This document shows, one piece after another, positions 1 through 10,420 of a DNA stretch of 20,117 nucleotides. How positions within the stretch are numbered: the first letter of the stretch is position 1; each line of letters opens with the position of its first letter. Origin of the DNA: Cyanobacteria bacterium P01_D01_bin.156 (GTDB lineage: Bacteria; Cyanobacteriota; Cyanobacteriia; Phormidesmidales; Phormidesmidaceae). The notes beneath the pieces were generated by a model. That model was not told the DNA's origin. It saw nothing but the letters and a program-made list of their open reading frames with translations, and ran no database searches. The position numbers and the translations under genes are program-made. The stretch lies in NCBI GenBank assembly GCA_039024555.1, contig JBCCQQ010000087.1:1-20117 (forward strand). Direction: 5' to 3'.

Positions 1-62
1 ACCACCCCTTCGAGGTGCTGATGTTCGGACTCGCTTAACCGGACGATATATTTCTTCTGCAT
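1..62 (-). CDS. IS630-family transposase, N-terminal HTH part (partial, continues beyond window)
   Basis: Manual translation from ATG at 62 gives MQKKYIVRLSESEHQHLEGV, matching the typical IS630 N-terminus (KKYIVxLSxEER). Not in the ORF track. Confidence 0.8.
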   Translation of the reverse strand, partial: MQKKYIVRLSESEHQHLEGV

Positions 63-137
63 GGGACGTTTGCTTGCTCCATACAGACTATCGCAACACT
101 CTCGAAGATCCCAATTCTTAACTCTGACGCTCCACTA
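1..137 (-). mobile_element. Left end of an IS630-family insertion sequence, truncated by the window edge
   Basis: Transposase start at 62 on the minus strand. About 75 nt upstream the minus strand reads CTAGTGGAGCGTCAGAGTTAAG, with TA at 136-137 inside CTAG, resembling IS630 ends with a TA target. The right end is outside the window, so the boundary is inferred. Confidence 0.7.
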
Positions 138-147
138 GTCTGTACTC

Positions 148-460
148 TCAGGGAGTAGTGTAGACCTGTTTTTGGTTTGGAAATATAGAATATGCAGTGC
201 TTCTGTATTTGAAGTATTTCTGTTTTATCTTTTGAATTTCCACAATAATGTGTTCTTTAATATCGGTCTGACAATAGATATCAAAGATAGCTTTGTGGTC
301 GGCTCAGCTGTTGCCAATGGTTTTAGGATTTGAAGGTTATTTCCTAAGTATGAGGGTGCTCCGGCAACAGCGTGTTTAGGAAATAGATGAGAAGCAGGTT
401 GCAGGGCTTGGAATCAAATAGACGCTTCAACTCAAAACTTGTATGAAATTGCTTATCAGA
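148..460 (-). pseudogene. Degraded, truncated Rpn-family / PD-(D/E)XK nuclease (PDDEXK_2) putative transposase
   Basis: Translation from 460: SDKQFHTSFELKRLFDSKPCNLLLIYFLNTLLPEHPHT*EITFKS*, then a frameshift to IGNS*ADHKAIFDIYCQTDIKEHIIVEIQKIKQKYFKYRSTAYSIFPNQKQVYTTP*. This follows the recalled Rpn pattern TDFGFKRLFG..LLIDFLNTLL..DRKAIFDIYC..FIVEMQK..FFKDRS. Stops at 346-344, 325-323 and 306-304. Confidence 0.8.
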
Positions 461-508
461 GAATAAGAACTCTAGTGCAGCTCGAACGCTCGTTTATGGC
501 TCAGGCAA

Positions 509-1009
509 CTAACCTTCTAATAAGGACCCGACTAATAATTTTTGTAGTAGCCATACGAAGCTTACTGCCAAGGCTGCACTCCACACAGTAGCTGCGACGA
601 TAAGTTTGCCATTGAGTACACAGAAACTACCACCTACCAGCAATGCGATCGCAACGCCTCCAGATACCCTTACCAGAGTTTGTACAGCCTCAGTGAGTTT
701 GCGTAAACGGGTGGCAACATCATCTGTAGCAATGGGCGAGATGGCCGACTCTAGCAAACTTTGAAAGCTTTCATACCGTTGTGGATCGATATGGTAATAG
801 GTACCTAAATCCGTATCACGAAGAGCGGGATTGGAGCGAAGACCAAACTGTTTAGCCGTTGCGATCGCAGCCCGTACCTGTCGCTTACTAGCCAAGCCAC
901 TAAACGTTTCAAACAGTGACTCTCGATAAACTCCTGCTTTAGCCATTTCTAAAATTCGCTGGCTAAGTTCCACTTCTTGAAGCTGGGCAAGATCAGATAC
1001 AGGAGTCAC
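509..1009 (-). CDS. Hypothetical protein with two predicted C-terminal transmembrane helices
   Basis: 166-aa ORF with GTG start. Soluble N-terminus followed by hydrophobic segments GGVAIALLVGGSFCVL and LIVAATVWSAALAVSFVWLL. Contains two HIP1 sites, consistent with a native gene. Confidence 0.75.
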   Translation of the reverse strand: MTPVSDLAQLQEVELSQRILEMAKAGVYRESLFETFSGLASKRQVRAAIATAKQFGLRSNPALRDTDLGTYYHIDPQRYESFQSLLESAISPIATDDVATRLRKLTEAVQTLVRVSGGVAIALLVGGSFCVLNGKLIVAATVWSAALAVSFVWLLQKLLVGSLLEG

Positions 1010-1104
1010 GGGTGGCTTCCAAATATGAGTTCAGTAAATATGTACTATCTAGAATATCGCCGATCTATATTTAGACGTCAATCAATTGAAAGACACCGAA
1101 ATAC

Positions 1105-1133
1105 AAAAACGCAGGGGCATGCCCCTGCGTTTT
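1105..1133 (-). terminator. Intrinsic terminator of groEL, possibly bidirectional
   Basis: Perfect 28-bp palindrome AAAACGCAGGGGCATGCCCCTGCGTTTT at 1106-1133, about 50 nt past the groEL stop, ending in a T-run on both strands. Confidence 0.85.
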
Positions 1134-1184
1134 GTTTATAGCTCACCTTTTATTGATGAAAAGGTAAGTGGCCAGATGGATGCG

Positions 1185-2939
<1,755 letters not shown>

Positions 2940-2955
2940 TCATGGGGTTACTTAA

Positions 2956-2971
2956 TTCGGGATAACCGATC
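2956..2971 (-). promoter_or_regulatory. K-box-like element
   Basis: Minus strand reads GATCGG-TTAT-CCCGAA versus the cyanobacterial K-box GTTCGG-NNAN-CCNNAC (2 mismatches), just upstream of the CIRCE. Confidence 0.6.
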
Positions 2972-3022
2972 CTCTATCCTGAGGTATCCACGTAAGCTGA
3001 AAAATCTTGGCTAGGGCTAAAT

Positions 3023-3050
3023 TCAGACGTCAGACTTTAGACGCTAGAAA
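3023..3050. repeat. Degenerate heptamer tandem repeat (STRR-like)
   Basis: TCAGACG TCAGACT TTAGACG CTAGAAA. Confidence 0.45.
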
Positions 3051-3948
3051 GTGAAGGATACTGATCGCTATATACATAGGATGGGGAAATTATCCCGCTT
3101 TGTCTTGAGTGCTAAATCTTACCATTTCTAAAAAATAGCAATCCTGCTCCTCAGCAGTTATAGGTTTCAAATCCTTTATTTTTCAGGATCTTAAAGATCT
3201 TACGGATTGTCTTATCCTGTTTAAATTAGCAACAGTATAAAAATCATTTCAAATTGTTTAGTGCTGTATATAAGATCTGTGCTAGCGGCAGACACACAGG
3301 AAGAACGGCCCTATTCAGAAAATATTCGTATTCAACAGGTTCAGTCGTTCAACCACAAGCAGCGTAATTCTCTCTAGTTTTATGTGATTATTCTGATTGA
3401 CTTACCTCGGAGATTGGGCAAAATAACCGTAAATTAAGATTATTTTCAAGTACTTTACCGATTGCTCTTTAAATAATTTTCTAAGCCTCTTGCCCAATCT
3501 CTACGAATATCCGGAAATCTGACGACTAGATGCGTATCTTGCATCAAGCACAACAAAATTGTTGTGTTTGTAACCCACAAAAACCAATTTATCTTCTAGG
3601 ATTTACCTGGAATTAAATCGATTTTTTGGTTTTTAGCTTTTTCTTTCTTTTATTTTCTCGACTTTATTGGAGCTTTAGCAAACTTTCGTCAGAGTTATTA
3701 TTCGCTTTACCTACAGCTAACCCTAATTGCTTAGTGTAGAGAAGATTTGTTTGAATCTCCCTCTACAAGTTTTCTACAAACGTATTTTCGATACAGTTAA
3801 CGGCTCACTATTGCTGCTTTTAATACAATCTTCTCTTTATGGGGCACCCTATCAAGGGTCTTCTTTCAGAGGAAACCGCATCAAGGGTCAGCAACGTACA
3901 TATTTCAATATTTCTTTTTCCTGAAAAAGCACTTCTTCCTATTGAATC

Positions 3949-4263
3949 ATGTCTTCTGCCACTGCATTTCTGAAGAATCATGTCTTCCACGGGGTCAAAG
4001 CACAGTTTAAGCCCTTTAAGAGCATCAAACATTGGCTTAATACCCTTGAGATCGCAAGCCCGGTCTTTGCGCGCCGCATTGCTCGTCTGGTGCCATCTCA
4101 ATGCCCGTTTGAGCGGGATATAGTCTTATTTGGTCGCACCCTTGCCCATATCCCCCCCATGTGTAAGTTAAATCCTTTTTACGATGAGTTAGTGGCCCTG
4201 CGTTTCCGCGCACTCTGCTACTTGGCGGATGAATGTGGTGAAGATATTTCCGCATTCATCTAA
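3949..4263 (+). CDS. Mo-dependent nitrogenase C-terminal domain-containing protein (function unknown)
   Basis: Family signature VPSQCPFERDIVLFGRTLAHIPPMCKLNPFYDELVALRFRALCYLADECGEDIS. Confidence 0.9.
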   Translation: MSSATAFLKNHVFHGVKAQFKPFKSIKHWLNTLEIASPVFARRIARLVPSQCPFERDIVLFGRTLAHIPPMCKLNPFYDELVALRFRALCYLADECGEDISAFI

Positions 4264-4285
4264 ACGCCATCACGTACTCGCGAAT

Positions 4286-4337
4286 AAGCCAGTTTGAACA
4301 GTGCTACATCGCTGTATTGTTCAAACTGGCTTTTTTT
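4286..4337 (+). terminator. Intrinsic terminator between convergent genes
   Basis: 15-bp inverted repeat AAGCCAGTTTGAACA / TGTTCAAACTGGCTT running into T7 at 4331-4337. Confidence 0.85.
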
Positions 4338-4365
4338 CATTAATAGCCGATGAATTGAATGTGTA

Positions 4366-5238
4366 TTACCTCTTCGCTAATCCTACGTTTTCTAGGAGTT
4401 TGAGGGGACCCGTTGTCTTCAGCTGAGCCATTTGTTCTTGGTTCTTTACTAATAGCGAACCGGCGAATCCGAGAGAATTAACGGAGATGCCTTGATAGTC
4501 ATCCTGACACCGAGGGACAACCATCATCCAGTTTTGTGTACCCAACAAATTGTAGGCATGCCACTGTTCTCCATTCCACTGTTCTTTGGAGGCACCAATT
4601 TTTAAGCTGATTAGTAACTTTTGATACTTTTTGAGCCAGTCTTCAGCATTTTCTTCGAGGGTGAGTGGAGCGATGCGATGGGCATAGGGTAGTTGCCGAG
4701 ATTGGCCGAGGCCATCTGTAAAGGTGGCAGTACTCACCAGGGTTTCAATCGGAATATCCATGGACTGTTGAGGAACTACCTGCAGATGTTTGTGGGGTTG
4801 GCTAGCTCCTGCTTGGGGGCCACCGTTATAGAAAAAGAATCCAGGAACTTCCGTTAGACAATGGTGGAGGGCTTGAAAGTCATCTATAGTTAGCCAATTA
4901 AGTTGAGATTCAAACTCACGGGTAACAATTAAGAAATGGTGTTCGACAACATTAAACTTATTTAATAAGCAAACATGGGTGTCGGATATATCGGTGACGT
5001 ACAAGTCAGGGTCATAGGGTAAAAAAGGATTCGTTTTTTGTTTAGCCTGAACCTTACGGGCTTTATTTTTTCGATTTAGATTAGTCAATATCCGTACGAT
5101 AAAGGCTATCTGTCCATCTACCACCACTTCGGACTTGGTATCAATGGGAGTCAATGCACCAGTTGTAAGTCCATGGTCGGTCTGGCTTTGAAGCTTAGAC
5201 CACAGGGTATGGGGGTGCCAAGGTATGCGATCGCACAT
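4366..5238 (-). CDS. ATP adenylyltransferase / Ap4A phosphorylase (Apa2-like, HIT/GalT superfamily)
   Basis: Motifs NPFLPY, LLNKFNVVEHH, FYNGGPQAGASQPHKHLQ (HxHxQ) and SVNSLGFAGSLLV. Confidence 0.9.
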   Translation of the reverse strand: MCDRIPWHPHTLWSKLQSQTDHGLTTGALTPIDTKSEVVVDGQIAFIVRILTNLNRKNKARKVQAKQKTNPFLPYDPDLYVTDISDTHVCLLNKFNVVEHHFLIVTREFESQLNWLTIDDFQALHHCLTEVPGFFFYNGGPQAGASQPHKHLQVVPQQSMDIPIETLVSTATFTDGLGQSRQLPYAHRIAPLTLEENAEDWLKKYQKLLISLKIGASKEQWNGEQWHAYNLLGTQNWMMVVPRCQDDYQGISVNSLGFAGSLLVKNQEQMAQLKTTGPLKLLENVGLAKR

Positions 5239-5387
5239 AGTTTTCCGAATAACCGCTGCATCAGATCTCTATCGACCTAGAAAAAAATCAATAAGTGCCA
5301 CTGCATTTTTAGCATGATGTCAGTGGAAATCAGAGGCGTTAGAACGATGTGACTTACAATTGAGATCCATTCGATGAGCAGCACAGC

Positions 5388-6236
5388 ATGGGTAAAACTC
5401 CCTTCGACGTCCTTAAATTTCGCACCCATGTACTAATTACATTTTGTCTGAGCTATTTTTTTGTCGTCACTTTCTATGTTGTTGCGCTTTACTTTGGTCT
5501 TTTACCTTGGCCCTTGGAGGATCGGTTGTGGCAGCCCATAAATTCTATGCTGATCTTTGGGATGATGTGTGCCACGCTACTGGTTGCTGGTCAGCGAGCG
5601 GGTCTTAATCTCAAAAAGCTTTTTGGGAATCCACCCCGTTTCCCTTGGGGATATGGTCTACTGCTGCTTAGCAGTATGTTTATATTTTCATTGAGTAGTT
5701 CATTACTGCTGTTCTACGGCGTTTCCCTATTTGCTCCTGGATTTGTTGAAGCCCGACTCTCGGAGTCACTGTTTAATGTAAATACGTCAGCCCCACAACT
5801 GTACCGATACTTGATGTTGTTTGTGGCGATCATTTTTGCGCCAATTACTGAGGAATTTATCTTCCGAGGCGTGCTTCTCCAGCGCTGGGCTGTTCGTTGG
5901 AACCTACCGGTTGGTATTCTCTTGTCCTCGGTTTTATTTGGTGTGTTACATCACAACAATCCTCTGGGCCTGACAATGTTTGGTGTGATTATGGCACTAC
6001 TGTACATACGCACCCGTAGCCTCTGGGTGCCCATGTTAGCCCATGCTTTAAATAATATTATTTCAGTCACACCGGAGCTACTGATATCCACACCTGAAAC
6101 GTTTGATATGGGAGAATTTCAAAGTAGCTGGTGGGTAGGATTGGTGGGGCTATGCTTGGCAGTCCCTATACTGGGACACTTTATCTTGAAAAGCTGGCCT
6201 AAAAAAGACACTCCACCCCCATACTTTAGGGTCTAG
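5388..6236 (+). CDS. CPBP/CAAX (Abi-family) intramembrane glutamic endopeptidase
   Basis: Multi-TM protein with APITEEFIFRG (EExxxR), LFGVLH (FxxxH) and HALNN (HxxxN). Confidence 0.92.
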   Translation: MGKTPFDVLKFRTHVLITFCLSYFFVVTFYVVALYFGLLPWPLEDRLWQPINSMLIFGMMCATLLVAGQRAGLNLKKLFGNPPRFPWGYGLLLLSSMFIFSLSSSLLLFYGVSLFAPGFVEARLSESLFNVNTSAPQLYRYLMLFVAIIFAPITEEFIFRGVLLQRWAVRWNLPVGILLSSVLFGVLHHNNPLGLTMFGVIMALLYIRTRSLWVPMLAHALNNIISVTPELLISTPETFDMGEFQSSWWVGLVGLCLAVPILGHFILKSWPKKDTPPPYFRV

Positions 6237-6287
6237 CCCCTTAGACATTGCGACTGTTAGTTGTTGTGCTAAGGCTTCTAACATTGG

Positions 6288-7550
6288 TTAGGCATCGTCG
6301 GTGCTATTCTTAAATCTCTTCTGAGCGGATTTAAACGCTGCCTGCATTGTCGATTGGATTTTTTTAGGATCAGGTTTTTTCCCTCCCATCAGGTCACCAA
6401 AATACAGACAAGCCCCTTCACCTAAGGCCCATGTGTAGGCAGCGGCCCAAGAGGCTGCTATGACACTACCCAATCCTGGCACTAGTTTAATTAACTCTCG
6501 CCCAACCGCCTGGGCCAAAAAACCTCCGGCAATGGTGCTGGCAACACCGCCTCCCTGGGAAAAGCTAAGCCGCTGACCATAGAGTTGGCCCAACGCGACA
6601 ATCATGGATACCTGTAAAGCTGTGATGGCCGGCATCGTGGCCAAGGGTAAGGGAACGGCTGCTAATGTTGCTGCAATTACGGCAAAGGCAGAAATGTATC
6701 GCCGGGCCACGTCTTTATAAATTGTTCCTAATTGTGAGGTAGCTTCATCGGTTTGGTCTAAGAGCTGATAAATCGCTTTGGACTCAGCTTCTGGTAGACG
6801 GTCCGATAAAGCATCCAACAAGGCATCTAATCCATAGAAAATGGGGGCATATCCATCTTCTTCTAAGGTGAAGTCAATCATGACAGCGCTGTCATAAAGA
6901 CCTTCAAAGCTACATTTGATTTCACCAAAAGCGCGCTGAACTTCCGTGTTGGCAGGTGGATAGGGAGAGTGTTCGGCGTCGGTGGAATAAAGCTCATGGA
7001 GACAGGTCGTGACTAGAACAACTGGAAGCGAGGGATAGTCACCCCTGAGCTGTTGCAAAATCTGGTGTAGGCTATCCACCGCAAAATCGTTGATTTTTAC
7101 GGTAACTATGAGGATGCGTGCGCCTCGCGCCTGTTCAGCTAAATCGTCTTGTAGTTCTTGAATAATGGTTTCAACATCTTGGTCTACATCCCCTAAGCCA
7201 ACGGTGTCGGTAAACAACAACAGGGGTAAGTCCACTGAAGGATAAGCATATCGCTGGGTGTGTTGAGTATGGGGGCGAAATCCTTGACCAATAATGTTTG
7301 CCGATACTCCGGTTAATCCCCGCACAATTGAGCTTTTTCCAGACTGGGGTTTACCAACAAGCCAAGCTTCTGTGGTGGGTAGTTCAGCTCGAACTTGTTC
7401 AAGGATATTGGCAATCTGCTGCTCATCGACTACGAACCATTTCAAAAGACGTTGGGTCACCTGATCTACTGATAGGCCAGACTTAACCATTTGCCGGAGG
7501 GAAAGCCGCTGGGTTGGTTCTGGAGAATTATCGGGAACGGATGCTGTCAT
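6288..7550 (-). CDS. GTPase-domain protein with C-terminal DUF697/YcjF-like hydrophobic domain
   Basis: G1 GKPQSGKSS, G2-like PHT and G3 DTVG. The C-terminal region AAVPLP..LQVSMIVALGQLYG..KLVPGLGSVI..TWALG is typical of DUF697. Confidence 0.85.
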   Translation of the reverse strand: MTASVPDNSPEPTQRLSLRQMVKSGLSVDQVTQRLLKWFVVDEQQIANILEQVRAELPTTEAWLVGKPQSGKSSIVRGLTGVSANIIGQGFRPHTQHTQRYAYPSVDLPLLLFTDTVGLGDVDQDVETIIQELQDDLAEQARGARILIVTVKINDFAVDSLHQILQQLRGDYPSLPVVLVTTCLHELYSTDAEHSPYPPANTEVQRAFGEIKCSFEGLYDSAVMIDFTLEEDGYAPIFYGLDALLDALSDRLPEAESKAIYQLLDQTDEATSQLGTIYKDVARRYISAFAVIAATLAAVPLPLATMPAITALQVSMIVALGQLYGQRLSFSQGGGVASTIAGGFLAQAVGRELIKLVPGLGSVIAASWAAAYTWALGEGACLYFGDLMGGKKPDPKKIQSTMQAAFKSAQKRFKNSTDDA

Positions 7551-7891
7551 AGCATCTCCTCACATGCAGCACTCTTATTTTAACGAGTCATCGATGGCTA
7601 ACTGTAGGGAAACCCCACCTCCGTTAGGTACTGATGTCATCACTTTTTTACCCCATAACAGTCGCTAGGGTGTTCAGTGCTGCTGAGTAATAGCTTTTGG
7701 GAATTGAGTACCCATGTTTCGCGTAATAAAAAAGGGGTTGATAGATAATCGTGTGGAGTACGATTTGTACGGACTTCTTTACGGATAAGCAAACCTTGAC
7801 AACTAAAGATTAAGTTGTGTTCAAGTTTTGATAGATATCTACAGCAATCTTTGCTAAAGTAGAGAAATAAATACCGTAGGAATTTCTACCT

Positions 7892-8062
7892 ATGCCATAT
7901 ACCACTGAAGAAGGTGGACGCCTTAACAACTTTGCTTCCGAGCCAAAAATGTATGAGGCTACTCCCCCTACAGCTGACGAGAAGCGTAACTATACTATCT
8001 TTGGGATTCTGGCTGCTGCCCTTGTGGTTGGGTTGATTGCAATAACAACAGTTGTTTCCTAG
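7892..8062 (+). CDS. psb34: Photosystem II assembly factor Psb34 (Ssl1498 family), 56 aa
   Basis: Manual translation MPYTTEEGGRLNNFASEPKMYEATPPTADEKRNYTIFGILAAALVVGLIAITTVVS*, with the HLIP-like N-terminal motif EEGGRLNNFAxEPxMY and one C-terminal TM helix. Below the ORF-track length cutoff. Confidence 0.93.
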   Translation: MPYTTEEGGRLNNFASEPKMYEATPPTADEKRNYTIFGILAAALVVGLIAITTVVS

Positions 8063-8138
8063 GGTTTTTCAGGAGCTTACCCATCAGTTACTTTGAGAGC
8101 TTAATTGAAATAAAGTAGCTCAGTTCAGTCTGTTGTCT

Positions 8139-8170
8139 GCAGAGGGATCGTCTTTAGGCGGTCCCTTTGC
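8139..8170 (+). terminator. Stem-loop downstream of psb34 (terminator or 3' stabiliser)
   Basis: GCAGAGGGATCGTCT-TT-AGGCGGTCCCTTTGC. Three G.U pairs form only on the + strand transcript. The U-tail is weak. Confidence 0.65.
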
Positions 8171-8326
8171 TATATATGGGGCTTCATTAATGACGCTACA
8201 GTAGCCTGATGCATGACTCCAGTCTTATTTGATGCGACCAATCAGCAAATCTATGCTGCTTAAAACGGCTTGATTGACTGGTAAAAATTAGCGTTACCAT
8301 CGGTAGCCAAGGCGATATGGTTAGCT

Positions 8327-10378
8327 ATGGCATCAGTTTGGATTACGGGAGCCACACGCAGCGGTAAAACTGCTCATTTAATTAGTTGGCTATCTCAACA
8401 GACAGCCACTGTAGGTTGTCCCTGGTTAGCCTTCGCCGCCAATGGAGATAACCGTCTGGTACTAGCACAGCGGACGGCGGCGATTGTTCAAGATCAGGTT
8501 CCCTATATCACCACCACCCCAGCAGGCTTTATTCAGAGTGAGGTAGTCCTCTTTTGGCCATTGCTGGTGGACTCCATGGGGCTTAAAGCCCAGTTCCCCC
8601 TCAAGCTCAGACCCGAAAATGAACAGACGCTGGCTCTTCAGTTATGGGAGACACGTTTAAATACTGGTTTGAGGGTAGAAGGTTGGCCAGATGCGCAAAT
8701 GGTGCGTCGCACCTTAGATTTATTACAGCTAGCGGCATCAGCGGGTATCCCGATTGAAGATGTGGGTCAGCGACTGCATCAGGGGATGATGCCCAACGTG
8801 GTACCGATGGACACCCAGTCGGCCATGGTGGATGCCTTGATGGAATGGCGGCACTGGTGTTTGGAACGGGGACTGTTGTCCTACGGGGTGATGACAGAGC
8901 TGTACTGGCGGTATTTATTGCCACTGCCTCAGTATCAGACTCAATTGCTCAAACGATTTGCTGGCACAGCAGCGGATGATGTGGATGAGTACAGCGCGAT
9001 CGCAATTTCCCTCTTCCAAGTATTCAAAACAGCTGGCTGTCCTCAACTATTTACCTACAACCCCATGGGCCAAGTACGGCTAGGCGTGGGGGCCGATCCG
9101 ATGGCCACGCAAACATTGGCCACGGGCTGTGACATCCAAGAACTGGCTCCATCTCCTAGTTTGGGAGCCGATTTAGCCGACGATATGGTTCAGTGGGTGC
9201 AAGATCCCCTAGCGGTGCCGCAGCTACCTAAAGCAGTGCAGCTGATTGCTGCGACCACCCGTGGCAAAATGCTACGTCAGACGGCAGACTTTATTGCGGA
9301 TGTTATTCATCGCGAACAGATCACCCCAGAGGATATTGCGGTGATTGGGCCGGGACTGGATGCCATTGCCCGCTACAGCCTGATTGAAATTTTAAGTAAG
9401 CGCGGCATCGTGGTGGCATCGCTAAAGGATCAGCGGCCTCTCATTAGTTCACCATTTGTGCGATCGCTGCTGACACTACTCACGTTGATTTATCCTGGGC
9501 TGGGGCGGTTAGTCAATCGTGATGCCATCGCGGAAATGCTGGTGGTTTTAAGCCAAACCCCAGAAACCGATGCCAGTCTACCCTGGTTTGATCTAACTCG
9601 AATTGATCCGGTACGCGCAGAACTCATTGCCGATCACTGTTTTGTCCCTGATATTGAGCATCCCAAACTGATTGCTGTCGAAAACTTTCCCCGGTGGGAC
9701 CGATTGGGATACCAGGCAACCACAGCCTACCAGCGTATTTTGGATTGGCTGAACCAACAAAAACAACAACAGCAGCAGCGCTACCCCGCTAGTCCAGTGA
9801 TTATGCTGGATCGCGCGGTGCAAGACTTTTTGTGGCGCGGTAATTATTTACCCATTGATCAGCTGTCCGCGCTTCGGGAGCTGATGGAAACAGCTCAATA
9901 TTTCTGGGAAGTAGAACAACGCTTGTCCCTTTATGGAGGTATGCCAGGGGCAGAAAGTATGAGCGATGTAGGGCGATTTATCCAGCTGCTACAGCGGGGG
10001 ACCGTATCCGCTAATCCTTACCCAGCCCGTTCATTAGATGGTGGGCCTAAGGGCGTAACCCTAGCCACGGTATTTCAGTATCGTGCTCAGCGGCTAACCC
10101 ATCGTTGGCAATTTTGGTTAGATGCAGGTTCTCCCCGCTGGCTGACGGGGAGAGATGAACTGTTTGGAGCTGAAGTGTTTCTGAGCAATTGGCCGGAACG
10201 TCCGGTCACAGCTGCTGATACGGAAACCATGCACGAGGCAAGGCTAGAACGAATTTTACGAGACTTGCTGGGGCGAACAACTGAAAAACTGTTTCTTTGC
10301 CACAGTGAATTAGCCCTCAACGGTCAAGAACAAATAGGTCCCCTTTTAGGTTTAGTGAGTGCTGTCGAGGCAGGATGA
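8327..10378 (+). CDS. Cyanobacterial protein with a degenerate UvrD/SF1 helicase-like fold
   Basis: 683 aa. Walker A GATRSGKT, Walker-B-like AADDVDE, IAVIG, GVTLATVFQYR (motif V position) and LLGRTTEKLFL (motif VI position). Function is inferred only. Confidence 0.7.
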   Translation: MASVWITGATRSGKTAHLISWLSQQTATVGCPWLAFAANGDNRLVLAQRTAAIVQDQVPYITTTPAGFIQSEVVLFWPLLVDSMGLKAQFPLKLRPENEQTLALQLWETRLNTGLRVEGWPDAQMVRRTLDLLQLAASAGIPIEDVGQRLHQGMMPNVVPMDTQSAMVDALMEWRHWCLERGLLSYGVMTELYWRYLLPLPQYQTQLLKRFAGTAADDVDEYSAIAISLFQVFKTAGCPQLFTYNPMGQVRLGVGADPMATQTLATGCDIQELAPSPSLGADLADDMVQWVQDPLAVPQLPKAVQLIAATTRGKMLRQTADFIADVIHREQITPEDIAVIGPGLDAIARYSLIEILSKRGIVVASLKDQRPLISSPFVRSLLTLLTLIYPGLGRLVNRDAIAEMLVVLSQTPETDASLPWFDLTRIDPVRAELIADHCFVPDIEHPKLIAVENFPRWDRLGYQATTAYQRILDWLNQQKQQQQQRYPASPVIMLDRAVQDFLWRGNYLPIDQLSALRELMETAQYFWEVEQRLSLYGGMPGAESMSDVGRFIQLLQRGTVSANPYPARSLDGGPKGVTLATVFQYRAQRLTHRWQFWLDAGSPRWLTGRDELFGAEVFLSNWPERPVTAADTETMHEARLERILRDLLGRTTEKLFLCHSELALNGQEQIGPLLGLVSAVEAG

Positions 10379-10420
10379 TGAGATGGTTCCTTTTAGAGAA
10401 GGTGATTGAAAATCATCCTA

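Noticed and set aside
307..385. 15-bp stem (338-352/371-385) plus 9-bp pairing 307-315/363-371, suggesting a pseudoknot or RNA switch
   Set aside because: Lies antisense within the Rpn pseudogene coding remnant. No promoter or downstream gene supports it, so it is most likely coincidental.
3782..3794. GTA-ttttcga-TAC as an NtcA site
   Set aside because: The spacer is 7 nt, not the 8 nt NtcA requires.
3727..4255. ORFs 3727-3924(+), 3820-4101(-) and 4037-4255(-)
   Set aside because: No recognisable motifs. Two are antisense to the Mo-nitrogenase C-terminal-domain gene.
3949..4263. Interpretation as evidence of nitrogen fixation
   Set aside because: The domain name is historical. No nif genes are in the window.
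5388..6236. CAAX/Abi protease as a phage-defence or bacteriocin-immunity system
   Set aside because: No precursor peptide, transporter or defence genes nearby. The family is widespread.
7768..7785. TACGGA direct repeat upstream of psb34
   Set aside because: Only 6 bp twice. It does not match the RpaB HLR1 motif, and support is insufficient.
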